A stretch of 64,000 nt of DNA from Psammoneis japonica (Eukaryota), in NCBI GenBank assembly GCA_008632985.1, contig QPGO01000045.1, positions 372,001-436,000 of the forward strand, written 5' to 3'. This document shows positions 1-12,928 of the stretch, in pieces. Numbering within the stretch: position 1 is the first letter of the stretch; each line of letters opens with the position of its first letter. The translations under genes were made by a program, and so were the position numbers. The notes below the pieces were generated by a model that was not told the origin of the DNA, did not search any database, and saw nothing but the letters and a program-made list of their open reading frames with translations.

Positions 1-389
1 TGAAAAAATCTCTCACCCTGCACTGGGCCACCCTCAAATCAATCGGCGGTGTTTCCTCTGAGTCTCTGAGTTTGACAAAACAACCAATGGAGCCATTAAC
101 ACCATTGTTCAAAGTCTTTGGTGCAGACAAATGGCAAAGCCCAAGAACTTTGTGCGCATCCTTCTCTCTCTGAGAATGACAAATGTGACAGTGTCAATCG
201 CATTGAAAATTCAAATTTTTATCTCAGCTCCATGTCACACAGACAACGAGACACGCAGCCGTCCAGCGAAGCGTCCAATCTGGGATCTGCATCAAGCACC
301 CAGCCCATGAAAAACAAAGATTGCAGATTGGAGATTGCAGCACGGCATACCGGTACAATTGGCAGTAGACTAACTCGATCGTCACCGTG

Positions 390-1700
390 GATTGTCGTCT
401 TCTTCTTGGGTACTTCACATGCTTAGTGTCTCTTCTGATCGCCCTTGTGCGGAGGGAATAAAGTCTCGGGTACAGTTCGATTGACGGGAGCAAGCTCGGA
501 CGTGGTGCTGACAAAGTTTGCGTTAGGGCCCTACAGTAGGACCTTTTGCGAGGGGCAAATTACAAGTTGACCTTTGGTCCAAAGAAATATATGAGGATGA
601 ATCTCCGCTGAAGGCACACTTGTTTATAGACATTAATTGGAAACGACAAGAAATGGAGAGCTCGTGTCAACGGACCCATGTGGCAACAACGGGAAGAGCG
701 GGAGCACTATTGGTATGTTGTGATTGATGACTGTTCATTGGAGCAGCGGTTCCATGACAATGCAATACCTGTATGGAATTATGACGTGGATATATGAAGA
801 CGCTTCAGACGATTACACTAGTGATTTCATTGCTACTGACAGGGTTGTTGGGAATGCGTGTTAGTATTTGGTATTGTGCTGACTGAAAGCTCCACGGTTC
901 ACGTTGCCTTGTTCACCGTAATGGCGGCGACCGGCTGTGACGCTGTCGCGTCCCTTTGTGAATTGGTTCACTTGAACATTTACGAAAGCAACGGATATGG
1001 CTCTTACACCAAAGACGGCATGTCTTTTCTTCATCTTGAGGCGGTGTGTGATTCACTCGTTGCGCTTCTGATATTGTCGATTGCGGCTGGGTGTACCTTG
1101 CCCTCGGATGCGGTAAACTTATCGTCGACAGCGTTCGGTGGTAAACTTCAGTCATTGCTTCAAGGCTTGCGTTCACCAGTGGGACCATTGGTAAATCACA
1201 ATGCGGTAGGATTGCTAGCACTGTCGATTATTATTGTTCATGTGGCTCTAGCGCAATGGGGACGAACATACAATGACGACTTTGATTCCCATCACGCGTT
1301 GGAACATCGACCAGGACGGCTTCTCATGATTTTCCGTACATTGTTGGGAGTTCTCCTTGTTGTATCTTGCGTTCAGACAGCAAAAATCATGCCCTAACGT
1401 TGGACTGGAACGTTTCTACGGTAAACTTGACGCTTTGGTTTCAAAGTTTGCCACTGATTACTTGGTTCTGCGGATGGGCCCTTCCATATTATCAACGCCA
1501 TCCAGCCGTACCGTGGGGTACCGCACTGTTTCAAACTTCATCGCTGGTTGCTCTTGCGTGGTTGGTTACTGCGCATGCAAACTCGAGCTCGTACCATAAA
1601 CTCAGTCGACTTGGTCAGGAACGAGAAGGAAATTTGACGGATCATGTAATTTTTGAAGCCAACGCGGCGGAGGAGACCAAAGAAGAGGCCCAACCGATGC
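390..1700 (+). pseudogene. GPR180/TMEM145 (intimal-thickness-related receptor)-like membrane protein, frameshifted
   Basis: Luminal-domain-like REHYWYVVIDDCSLEQRFHD (~700-760), TM region ELVHLNIYESNGYG...LSIAAGCTL...WGRTYNDDFDSHHALEHRPG (ORF 858-1397) and LWFQSLPLI...YYQRHPAV...SSSYHKLSRL (ORF 1367-1855) lie in different frames, with stops between them. Confidence 0.65.
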
Positions 1701-1879
1701 GGATAGAGAGGAGTTTGTGGATTCGTCACTTTATTGGAATGCATTCCTATGCAGCAAATCGGTCAGATGGCGAACAAGAAGCAACGCGTTTTCCACAAGA
1801 GAATTCCGAAGTTCAATTTGCAGGCGAAGACCTTTCGAGAAGCTCATGTGTCTAATGGCGCTTCTTTGCAAATGCCTTG

Positions 1880-4400
1880 CTGTGAGCCACGACATTTGCC
1901 CTTGAGACTGTCTCCGCAAACCAGAGTCTCGTTTGTTTACGAAATGGCACGTGTGGCCTTTTGCTTAGATGCGTATCCCACGCTTATATCCCTCTTTGGA
2001 GATGATGACGGGGCTTACTGTGCTTTGGATCGGCTACCACGCGTGGCAGAAAGATTCTTTCAGGCTCTGGTACAACCCAATGAAAAGCAAACCACGGGGC
2101 GACCTGGACGCCGCGACGGTCGTTGCCGTTTACCCGTGCGATACAGGCAAACACGAAATCAGTGTGCTTGTGAGGGACTACAGAGTTGTTGATGTAGACA
2201 GCGCTCGTCATTTATCCAAGCAAGTCGCACATTTGGCCATGACGGATGTAGAGACGGAAATTTGCTTCGCGCGGCTTCTTGGCGAGTCCCTACATCTTCG
2301 TCTTCGTTGAACGACTTGCTAGAAACAGGGCGTGTTGCCTTGGGGTTGTTGCCTTTTCAGGGAAGACCTTGCATAGTTGTGGCTACCGACTGCAGGTCCG
2401 TTTCCTGTGGCAGTGTACTCGACCGAATGACTGAGAATGAACATGACAATCCACTTGTTGTATTGGACCTATCAAGCGCAAATTCCCATGTACAAGCTGA
2501 ACTTCATCGGTCACATAACAAGAACGATGAAGAGTACGCTACATCAAAACCAAACCCTTTTTGGCGTGGGGTGCGGTCAGGCCCGGGTCATTCCCTCTCC
2601 ATTTATCGGATGACAGTGAAGTAAGTACTATTGATAACTGTTATGTCGTCATGCTGTATCCCCTGCATGGTAATCACACTACTCATTCCTGTAGTCTCTT
2701 TTTGACCTCTGCACTGCTTCTGGGGGTTGCTTCCTGGATGAGTCTTGTTAGACGAAACGTTGGAGATCACCGTTGGTCATGTACCGACCTCCTCGGCCCT
2801 ACACTCCGACCATTTCCTCTCGTTTCGAACCAAATGCATTACAGTGAGTATCTGACTATCCTTTTATTTTTCTTCTGGAAGGCTGTTTTTTTTTTCATCT
2901 CGGCGCTCTCTCCATTTTTCAACCTTGGGTCGGGGAGACTTGCAGCCCATCGATATATCCGCCTTCGGAAAGAAATGTCTCAAAGGAAACATGGCACTAC
3001 CGTGCCTAGCACTAGGAGGGGAAAACTAGCAAACCAAGGTCCTCTCGCGAAGAGAACGCAGCCGAATCGAGTTGTCTTCTCTTCTTACGATCTCTCCCCA
3101 GTTCGCGTAATGGGACTGGTGTTGATGAGAGTTAAAGAAGGGTGCGGTGCCCGTCAATATGGTCAAAACACTCAGGAACCGGACCGAGTGTCTGTTCAGT
3201 TCACATATCCAATCGATGAACGTGGAATTGTGCTGCGCACTACGCACTGTCCTACAACGCCGCCAGAAGTAGTCTCATGGTTGACGCCGCCCACGTCAGA
3301 ATCGATCTTTCGGGGGGTAACTCTTTCATTCAGAGGGCAAAGGACGATTTTCGCTTGCGTGATCTAGCCATCCGATCAAAGACGATACCCAGACATGCGT
3401 CAGCCAAATTTTGTATGATTCTGAGGTGGTACAGAGAAGAAGATAGTCTACAGTCCGATTATGCTCAATGGAATGGTCGCAGAATTCTCCATGGTTTTCA
3501 TTGATAGATTATTCTCTCAGTTCCATGCAGTGGCGCTGTCACTTTCAAATCGACGAAGTCGATGTGCTGTGGGTGGGGCAGATACCGATATGCCCTGACG
3601 AAGGGCTTCTGAGTGAGGTCATTGAATGCGAAATGGCGAAAAGGAGTTGTTTGAGGCTCTGTCGCACTGGGTCAACCAACATGATTGTTGACCGGAAGCG
3701 CTACTACAAACCAGTCAGGTCTACTCAAAATGGTTTGCCTTCCTACTGCATTGTTTGTGTTGTCCCTCCCGCCTCTGCATCGAGGTTTTCCACCTTCAGA
3801 CTCGCATCATTCGGAGGAATCTGCGGAATGGAGAGTTTGTCGATGATCTCTCTCTCTCTGGAGAACGCAATCTTCGGCAAGGAGAACGTTATTGTCCCAC
3901 CTGTGCTGATGGACGAGTATCTTGCGGCATACGGACATGAATCGATCCTGACTTGTAGCAGTCACGGAAGCAAAGGTGTCTGAAAAACCACTATCATCAC
4001 GACAAATGGGAGCTGCCAGTCGTTCATGACGCGGAGTTCCTGCCGCTGCTCACAGATTTAATGACCGAGATCCGAAGATATTGGCTGCTTGACTATTCGA
4101 GCACACGAGCGTTCTTCGTGGTGTTTGTTCGAAGCGAGAACGCTGTCGACGTGTCATCGTTCTTCGGACCCTAATCTTGTTTAGTATCAGGTTGAAAATC
4201 TCACTTACACAGTGTTCATCAGTTTCTCTATGCGCAGAAGTGCATCCGGCATTGTTCCAAACTCAGGTGGAAAAAGTGAGAAGCGAAGATAAGGAGTGCT
4301 GCCTTGCCGTAGCGAGCCGAAGAAATTTGCTCCGCGCAATTGGCAGGCCTCGTTCTCACGCGAGGTCCGTCGATGCAACCTTTCCACCTGAATTCCATGA
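1880..4400 (+). pseudogene. Degraded large protein-coding gene, possibly SZT2 (KICSTOR)-like N-terminal part
   Basis: Chain of same-strand, protein-like ORF fragments (1969-2310, 2262-2624, 2561-3367, 3277-3504, 3468-3983) broken by frameshifts. LVLMRVKEG, ILRWYREED and WRCHFQIDEVDVL are reminiscent of SZT2, recalled from memory only. Confidence 0.3.
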
Positions 4401-4445
4401 GGCACTATCTGACAAAGACAAGGATTGCCCACAGAACGGACTAGA

Positions 4446-4940
4446 CTATGGAGCGAGGAGTTGAGATCCTAGCTTAGCAGCCGCCATACAACACATTTTT
4501 TTTTCTATTCCAGTGCGTTTTCGAGTTCGTGTACAGACGTGATACATTTGCGATTCATCCTCAGTCGAAAACAATTCTGCACCAGTCTCCTTACTTGCCA
4601 AACCATCATATTGAAGAAGAGTGTATACATCGAAATGGTACTCCTTGATGACGTATATTGTTGTTTTGCACAAATCCAACGTCGTGTGTGTACTACCGAT
4701 AAGACTATGGTGCATCGAGTCGAAGGTTGCCTGCGTTAAAATACCATGTGGATCTTGTGTGCATTGGGATGCTTTACTTGGCAATCTCGTGAACAATATC
4801 GAGTAACCCTGCAACGTGAACACTGTTGTAGCGCTCGACCTGTGGGCGTTTGGTTGCTGCTTTTTCGATACCTGCAACAAAACGATGTGCTTGCTCTTGA
4901 GAAATCATGCAACGAAATGCCTGTTGTTGCATCCGGCATG
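4446..4940 (-). pseudogene. MYND zinc-finger protein remnant
   Basis: LQQCSRCRVTRYCSRDCQVKHPNAHK in ORF 4736-4939(-) is the second half of a MYND finger. The downstream sequence continues in another frame (4446-4880). Confidence 0.55.
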
Positions 4941-5199
4941 GCGATGTATCATAGTGCACATGTCAGGGCCGTTGCAATAAAGTAAGCCTGCGATTGGTTG
5001 TTGTTCCGGTAGATGCTGCTGTCCCCTCTAACAAAAACGGTATTATCGTCGTCAAGCACCGTCGTCCGTCAATAGCCACGCGACGCGCGTAGCTGATAGG
5101 TGATGTACTTTTTGCCATTTATTCAGTCGTGCGGCATGCATGGATGCGTTGTTCATCATCAACAACCGCTGGACGCAATGCCAACCAATCATAGCCTTC

Positions 5200-6039
5200 C
5201 CTGCCTTCGGCTCTTCAACTTGAACGTCACAACTTCAATGCCCTCCACTAATTTCAATTTTCGTGACCGATGATGACTGAACCTTGGCGTCGTGAGCGTC
5301 ATTCTGAACTCTGGCATGGACATGAAAATTGTGGACGCGTGCGATGACGACGGTTGGGTGCAATCACCACAGCCACAACATCTTGACTCTTTGAGCACAC
5401 TGACACGTTCTTCGTGAAGTTTGTTCAAAGCAAGAGTGTCGACGCGCTCCTCATCTTGTTGTTCAATGCCACAGGTGGAAATTCTTGTTGCTTCTCTTTG
5501 GACGCTTTTCAAGATGACTTCTTTCTGTTTGAGCCAGGTGCATCAGAATTCTGTGCGAAAGTGCACCAGCATTGTTCCAAACCCAGGTGCTTCAGGGGTG
5601 AGGAGAAGCAAACAAGACAAGGCGCATCATGCTGTCTCTTGCTTGGAGAAGCCAAAGAAATTTGCTTTGCACAGCTGGCAGGCCTTGTTCTCACATGAGG
5701 CCAGCACAGTCACTCCACTTCTTGTGTGTTTTTCTCACCAAACAAAATGGCTGTGGTGCACTTCTTGCTTCCAGGGGTGACAGTGGCTCAGTGAACAATG
5801 CGCGCCAATGGAGCAGACCACGAAGCTCCTGGCACAACATGGAGTTGGTTGTTCAGCCCCCCAAAAGTGCAGCATTGCAGGCTGGCAGCAGGTGCGGTTG
5901 AGGAGGACCATCCTCATGATCTGCTCACACAGCAGCAGCTGTGCAGACAGGGAGTTTTTAACAGGTGCATGCTCTTCAGAGCACAGGCGCACTGTGACAG
6001 GAGAGAGTGCGTTCAGCACTGGAGCACATTGCAAATTTT

Positions 6040-6099
<60 letters not shown>

Positions 6100-8690
6100 G
6101 CTCAGCACAGCTGGAGCAATTGCAAAATTCATTTGAGGAAAAAAAAAAAAAAAAAACAAAAAAACAGCAGCACAAAAGTGTCAGCACATGAGCCCAAATC
6201 ATTTGCCACCTTGGCATCAAAATTTCCAGGTGATGCAGCAAGGTGGCGATGTGTGTCTTTTAAGAATTGTCCAGACAAAGCATGCGCAGCATTGGCGGGT
6301 TTGGGACAAAGGTTTCTGTGCCTTCTTGTGGTGCTGAAACAACTGTTTGCTCCTCTTTCTGCAGTTTCTCACAGCAGGCACCACATCAAAGCTGTTCTCC
6401 TGCACATTGGCCACGGGCTTCTCACCCAACTCTTCCAAGCCCCAGCCTCAGCTCAGCAATGGCAACCTCAAGAGAATCTGGCAAGGCAATCACAAGCACA
6501 GTCAAATGGCTTGACAAGAAGTGCCCATCCAGAAACATCTGCCAATGGTTTCTTGAGGACATCACAGAACCACTCACAATCTTGTGAATGCTGGGTTCCC
6601 ATCAGCTGAGTGGTGGCAACAAGGTCATTGTCAATGGCAGAGGTGTGCAGTGCCCACACCCAGCATGGTTTTGCACAACCACCTTGTGCTCCCTGGTGAG
6701 GTGGGTGTTTCAAAGGAACTTCCATTGCAGCACTGCAATGATGCTTGGTCCATGGAAGCTCTCAATGGATTGGCCAGTTGCGTCAGTGCTTGAGTTCCAC
6801 AGCACTCTTCAAATCTTCATCTGCTGTCAACATTGTCTGTGAAGGTGGCAGGCATTGGAGCTTGATTGCAATGGGTCCATTTTGGGCCGTCGAAGGTGGC
6901 TGATTCCCCTCTAGAGCTGACAGAGCTGTGACAGCTGACTTTGTCTTTCCTGATCTCCATGGTGTCAAGGACACAACTGTTGCCAAAAACTGATGTCAAC
7001 AGTCCGTGGCAACCTGCTGGCTCATTGTCCTGCCAACATCAGGAACTCATGCTGAGCAAAGTCCACATGACAGGGATCCATGTCTTGGCTGAGAACATGT
7101 GGAAAATCTGTCACTGTTTGATGTGTGTGATCACTTGGGTCATGCATCAGGCACATCTCTTGACCACCACAATGACAAGTTGTTGATTGTGTGTGGGCTT
7201 CATGTGGAAAGACTCTTGCCGGCTGCACAAATGCAAGTGGAGGCACAAAGGTGCCATGCCTTGAGGGCTTGGATTCCACACAACTGATGCTGTGAACTCC
7301 CTGATTGAAAAGCAGTTTGTCATTTCCATCAGCAAGTTCCTGGCCCAGCGGGTCTCTGCACATGGCTTTTGGGAGGTGTGCGGCTTCTCTCGTCATGCAC
7401 CATGTCAGTGTCACCAGAGAATTTGGCACATTGAGTGCAGTTGACACAAACATGTGAGAGGCAGCTGGAAGCACCAACATGCAGGATGCCAGGCACCCTG
7501 CAAAGATCTCAGAGTCACTTTTGGATGACTGGTCCGAGATCATGTCATTCAACTTTTGGGATCAAAATCCAGAGACAGCTTGAGCAACACCCGGGATGCT
7601 GCACATGCCAAACCTGTGAGCAGGAACAACACACTTGTTGTTGCACCCAATGTCCAAGCATCCAGCAGTGCAGTGGATCATTGGCTCCATGGGCGAAACA
7701 GCAGTCAAGCCTGACAATCGCTCGACAGTCGCTCGACATGCTTGATGACCAGCAAACCTGTGCTCATGTTGTGTGGGACCCTCATTCATGTCACTTGGGA
7801 CACTCTGGAAGCTTTGGGTTGTGCGCTCTTTCCTGTGCTGAGAACAAACCAAAATTGCAGCGCAAGCATGAGAAACACATGAGAACAGCAGTGACAACAC
7901 AGAGTGCAGTTGCTTGCCATTCTTCCATTGTTGCTCACCTCTCTTTTCATGCATGCATGCATGCATGCAACGCAGCAACTTGCAATGTGTTCTCCACTGA
8001 TGCTGTTGTCAGGCAGAGCATGTCTGTGCAAGAATGGGTTCCAACACTTGCTGTTGTCATGGTTGATTTTTTGTTTGCTTGCTGTAGAAAGAACAAACAG
8101 GCATCAGACACCAGTTTCCCAGTGTTTTGCTGGCAAAACAATTGTGTGAGAATTGTGCACAATTTCAAAAAAGAGATGAGATTGAATCAAAAATGCAACA
8201 GAGATGCACAAAAATGCAGCACAACACGACAAGCGGAGTCCTGCCCAGGGCTGGAACGCGTCAAGCCCAAGGCTTTCCATTTTTGACATTTGTGGGAATG
8301 AAAATGCATTGGGCATGTTCTTCAATGTCTGCAGAACACTCTCGGGCAAACTGTTGGTGGAGATGCGCTCCAGCCCTGGGCGGGACTTTTTGTGACATTT
8401 GCCCCACAACATTCCATGTGCGAGCTCTGCAGTTTGTGCTCTGGTCAATGGATGCATTTGTCTTCAACATGAAATGAACAAAGCATTGGATGCCGCACAA
8501 AAAGCACGGGGACGACGGAAATCGACTTTTCTGTTGCACTTGTCTGTCTGTCACCCGTTTGTCTCGCAGAATCTGAGAGAAAGCTCCCACACTGCTCACC
8601 TGTTTGATCTGCATGCGCGCAGCTTGGTGCTTCGCCGAAAACATGAACACAGACAATGCACGCACCGCCAACGGCGAAAAGCTTTTTCGC
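5200..8690. other. TpA/CpG-depleted, TpG/CpA-saturated tract A
   Basis: Only a handful of TA dinucleotides. Tyr-free, Cys/His/Gln-rich ORFs overlap in all frames (e.g. 7435-8286, 283 aa, no Tyr). CpG is retained at the edges (~5200-5560, ~8500-8690). Confidence 0.9.
6042..6097 (+). repeat. Poly(T)56 homopolymer, followed by an A18 run at 6139-6156
   Basis: Directly visible. It is flanked by two imperfect copies of TGCGyTCAGCAC..CTGGAGCA..TTGCAAA.TT (6008-6040 and 6097-6133). Confidence 0.95.
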
Positions 8691-8714
8691 CTGCTATTCA
8701 GATACGAAGGACAC

Positions 8715-9230
8715 ATGCAGCGAGCTCCGAACTCCAAGAATTCCTTCCCTCCGCCAAACACACCGCACGCTTCGCGCTCGCCGCGCGCCCCCAATCGCTC
8801 CAACAACGCAAAACACAAAACGAATATAAACTTAAGGAACATCGCAACGATGATGTCAATGCTTCCAAGAGCAGAAGAAGCAATACGGTATATTTGAACC
8901 ACAAGCGAACACACTATACACCAACAATGAGATAACTCGAGTGCTCATGCTGCAGCATTCAGAAGCGGCAGCATTGACGACGAAGCCACCCTCTTTGACC
9001 TGACTTCTCGACTCGAATAGTCGACTCCGCTTGTTCTCGTGGTGGCTGTGGCATGACAGTGGACCCAAATGCAAGTTTCTCCTTGACGATTTGCTCTTGC
9101 TCGAAAAAGACTACAGCAGTGGTTCTGCTCCGTTAAGCCCCAAATTTTGATTGCATATGCTGACACTTGTTGCGAAATGGCAGATTTGGCAATCGAATTG
9201 TGCTTGAAAGAAATATCAAATTTACACGCA
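8715..9230 (+). repeat. Diverged copy 1 of a ~450-500 bp coding-like segment (copy 2 inverted at 24490-24925)
   Basis: Shared blocks CGAGCTCCGAACTCCAAGA, TTCCAAGAGCAGAAGAAGCAATACGG..ACACACTATACACCAACA..GATAACTCGAGTGCT, TTGCTCGAAAAAGACTAC and GGCAATCGAATTG are collinear with the reverse complement of 24490-24925. Confidence 0.85.
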
Positions 9231-9449
9231 CTCTGGTGGCGGCGACGCCGCAACTCAGCAATCGCAACAACATCACATCCCAGCAAACGATGTCGCCAAG
9301 ACCTAAAGCTTAATCTATCCAAGGAACACCCATAAACAAGAGGCGTTCTTCTTCCAGCTTATTTGCGTGACAAGAAAAGCAAGAAAGTACCAAGTCTGCA
9401 TCCTGCAACAACAACACGCCGAGTGAATGATGCAAAATCTCGTCGAGTT

Positions 9450-10075
9450 GTTTGCTTGGTTCCGACCTCAATCGTATGATTCGGTTCTGTATCAATTTGC
9501 AGGATAAGCAATGGAAGAAGCCATACATGCTTTACTGGGAGGTTGTGCCCAAGTATCAGGAACCAACATCCGATCAAGTGTTGGCGGCTGCTCTGCAGGA
9601 GGTCCACCGGTTCAGAGTAAGATGCTTCCTGAAATGGTCTTAGTGTGTAACGCACTTATGAAAGATCTGAATCGCCCGAATGAATACATACAATGCAGCA
9701 TGCTTCGCTTTCTTTGCAAAGTGAAGGATTAGGAGATTCTCGATCTACTCATCCCTTCCATCAAGGCTTGTCTCGAACACCGTCATCAATATGTCCGTAA
9801 GCACGCGGCACCCACCGTATTTCATGCTCACAAGCTGTTTGGAGAGCACTTGATTCTAATGCACCAGAGCTCATGTACGAATTCCTCCAAGCCGAATCAG
9901 ACGTGCCTCCGAGGAGAAACGCTTTTCTCATGCTTTTCAATCAGTCGGAGGAATTGGCCATTCAGTTCTTGGCCCAAAACACGGATGACGTGGGAAAGTA
10001 CAGAGATGGATTCGCCTTGCTTGTTCTGGCACTAGCTCGTAAGGTGTATCGTCGTGATCCTACCCAGAAGACACG
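9450..10075 (+). pseudogene. COPB1: Coatomer subunit beta (COPB1/Sec26) N-terminal fragment
   Basis: [27 protein letters not shown] / [62 protein letters not shown] / RRNAFLMLFNQSEELAIQFL. It has two frameshifts and an in-frame TAG (9730), and is truncated after RRDPTQK. Confidence 0.9.
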
Positions 10076-11078
10076 AGCAGCAGCAGGATACTGGCATGAT
10101 GGTGACTCTTGGTGGACATAGTGACGACGAGGTATCTTCTAGTAGTAGCAGCAGCAGCAGCGACGAAGAGAGCGATTCAGAATCGTCGTCGTCGTCGTCA
10201 TCAAGTAGCGATGACCAGGATACTGGCGGCAGCATTGACATCAAGGTGCAAGAAGACATGGCTCTGGCCATGATTCGAAAATGCTTGTAGCTACCGTGTT
10301 GGACCTAATATGAGAACACGGAAAAACGTCTGATTTCCTTCGTGTAGTAATTTTTTCATGGCAACATAGAAATACTTCGTACGCAAGCTTTACACAATAT
10401 CTGACGACACAGGACGGGAATACAAAATTAAAGTACCACTACACAGTTAAACCCCGGTCCTACTCATATTACTAGACGCCACGGAATACGTAGCAACAAT
10501 GGAGCCGCTATCCTTTGACGTCCGATTCCGTTTTGTCACAATACTACCGTAAATTAATTCATATTTCTCCGCATCCGACATTCAAAGTTATAGGGGGTTG
10601 GTCCATTGACCTCCACGGGTCTCGAGCAGATACGAACAGAGTATTCTTTATGTTGAAAGACCAATCATGCCTGGTACACATTTTGTTTGAAAAAACGTAA
10701 GTTGCGGGGCGGGACCCACGGTTACTTGAACCTTAGTAGTTCAACAAGGACTGTCTGTCGTATCGTTTCAAGTCGGGTGGTCGAACCGGGTAAAGGGCAT
10801 ATTTCTATGTTGTGAAATGAAAACGAAAAACAAGGTCAGTAAACAAGTCTCGCATGAAAAGGGAAAGGAGGCACGAAATTGACTTACATTGGGGGTGCAA
10901 TCGAATGTAACGTGACACAACGAGTGCACCCCATGGTATTATGAATTGCACGACAAAGTCGTGCAATGTTGGCGAGTCTATGATGCGCATAAAAGCTGCA
11001 TTGTACCGTAAAATGGAATCGAGAGATGCCCCCGTGCATGCTCGATTTCCAAGGGTACAAAAGAAGCAGTTAATGAAT

Positions 11079-12928
11079 CTAGCGGCGACTCATGATCCTT
11101 GCGGATCTACGCACGACACGCCCGGTATTCGACGAAAGAAAGACACTGCCAGCGGCTTGACGGAGCCTAGGCGAGCGTCTCAATTGGCCAGTGTGGGCTT
11201 GCTTTTCCTTGTTTCTCACAAGTACAGCATCAGGAACAGCATCCTCCTCTGCCACTGGATTGTTGTCGGCAGCCATATCGTGAACGTCGAAAGTATCGTC
11301 AGGCTCTTCGGCTACAGCTCCAAGAACAACTTCCTCGTCGTGTACAGCAATCACGGGATCGTCCGTAGCGTCAGCAACAGCAGGTTCCTCAACGTCAGCA
11401 ACGGGAACGCCCACCTCCGCATCAACTGGAGCATCGTCAATAGCCACAGCAGGATGGCCCACGGCTTCAACAACAGGTTCCTCTACTGCAGCAACAAGAA
11501 CGCCCACCTCCGCATCGTCTGGTGCGTCGTCAACAGTAGGCTCATTCAAGGCTTCCCAAGGCTCTTCAACAACATCAGGAACTGCTTCCTCCACAGCATT
11601 TAGATTGTTGTCCGTATCCTCAGCCGGTTCCATATCCAAAATTTCCGAGGCATCGTCAGCAATGGGGTTGTTGTCCGTAGCATCAGCGGGTCCAATGGCA
11701 GCAAGAGTCCGAACCCAGCCACGCCAGTGATCACACGAAAGATCAGAGTCCCAGCAATGAATGCTTTCTTCTTGACCCGCATCAAATTCAAGCATCGCCA
11801 CAGCCAACTGCTCATCATTCAATACGGGTATCACACGGGTGTAACGTGCGCGTCGAAGAACTCGTTTGGCAGGCACACGGGTTGGGACTGGAGGAATGTC
11901 ACCAACGTGAAAGTCTTGAGTCATCACTCGGTCGGGTTTCCACCTGACACGCGTTTCTACTGGATCAGCAAGAGCCTCGGCCGGTTCCATGACCGCTGGA
12001 GTCCGCACCCAGCCACGCCAGTGATCATACCTTGGATCCGTACGATACTCACGAATGTATCGGTCTTGCTTCCAGTCAAACTCAAGCAGCGCAGCAGCCA
12101 ATTGCTGATCATTCAGGACGGGAATGACACGGGTGTATCGAGGGATCCGAAGACATCGTGGAGCGGTCACGCCGGTAGGGACTGGAGGAGCATCAGCAAT
12201 GGGTTCGTCAACCGCTGCAACAACCTTGGCCGTTTCAATTGCTGCTGGAGTCCGTACCCAGCCACGCCAGTGATCATACCTTGGATCCGTACGATACTCT
12301 CGAATATATCGGTCTTGTTTCCAGCCGAACTCAAGCAGCGCAGCAGCCAATTGCTGATCATTCAGAGGGGAATGACACGGGTGTATCGAGGTATCCGAAG
12401 ACTTCGTGGAGCGGCCACGCCGGTTGGAACGGGGGGAGCGTCACCAACGTATCGGTTCTTCAGCAACATTCGTTCCGGTTTCCATCTGATGCGCCCACGA
12501 CCAACTAGTTTGCGCTTCAACAGGAGCAACCACGGGAACAGAAACCGCAAGGGAATGTAGATGAAGTAGGAGAACCAATACACGGTCCATACAATCAATG
12601 CAACCGCGAGAGTAACCGCAACAGCATCGCAAGCTCGATCCCAAAGAAGAGAGGTAAGGTTGTCGATTTCCATAATCCGGTAGTACAAGAAATAGACCTT
12701 AGCACCAATCAACTTCAACGAGGAGTGTATGAATATCCCAGCATACAAGGAGAGGAGAGCTTTCCAGATCGCAACGACAACGGGCACGAGAGCGTGAATC
12801 GTGTAGCGAATCGTGTCCCACGCTCCCGAAAGGAAACCGCCAACGATTCGGCCGTGGTTCTGCTTACCGTGAAATAGGCGTAGCAGGAGATTCATAAATT
12901 GAAAGAGTAGTGCAATGTATGCAATCAT
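11079..12928 (-). CDS. ~615-aa protein of unknown function: hydrophobic N-terminus, three ~83-98 aa repeats, acidic region, RRSPRL/RRSAR tail; one -1 frameshift at ~12366
   Basis: ORFs 12362-12928(-) and 11079-12350(-) join if one base is restored: repeat copy 2 reads TTCAGGACGGGAATG where the 12361 copy reads TTCAGAGGGGAATG. Confidence 0.6.
11700..12450 (-). repeat. Three intragenic direct repeats (periods ~249 and ~294 bp)
   Basis: CCAGCCACGCCAGTGATCA recurs at ~11715, ~12009 and ~12258. The encoded unit is RYTRVIPVLNDxQLAxAxLEFD...DHWRGWVRT. Confidence 0.9.

Noticed and set aside
5735..6241. Poly-Lys and poly-Phe ORFs
   Set aside because: These are translations of the T56 and A18 homopolymers.
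8380..8425. PHD-finger-like FCDICPxxF shared with ~62815-62850
   Set aside because: Only ~18 bp of identity in low-complexity TG/CA-rich DNA; could be chance.
5200..8690. Classical fungal RIP as the cause of the tracts
   Set aside because: RIP (CpA->TpA) enriches TpA and depletes CpA/TpG; the reverse is seen.
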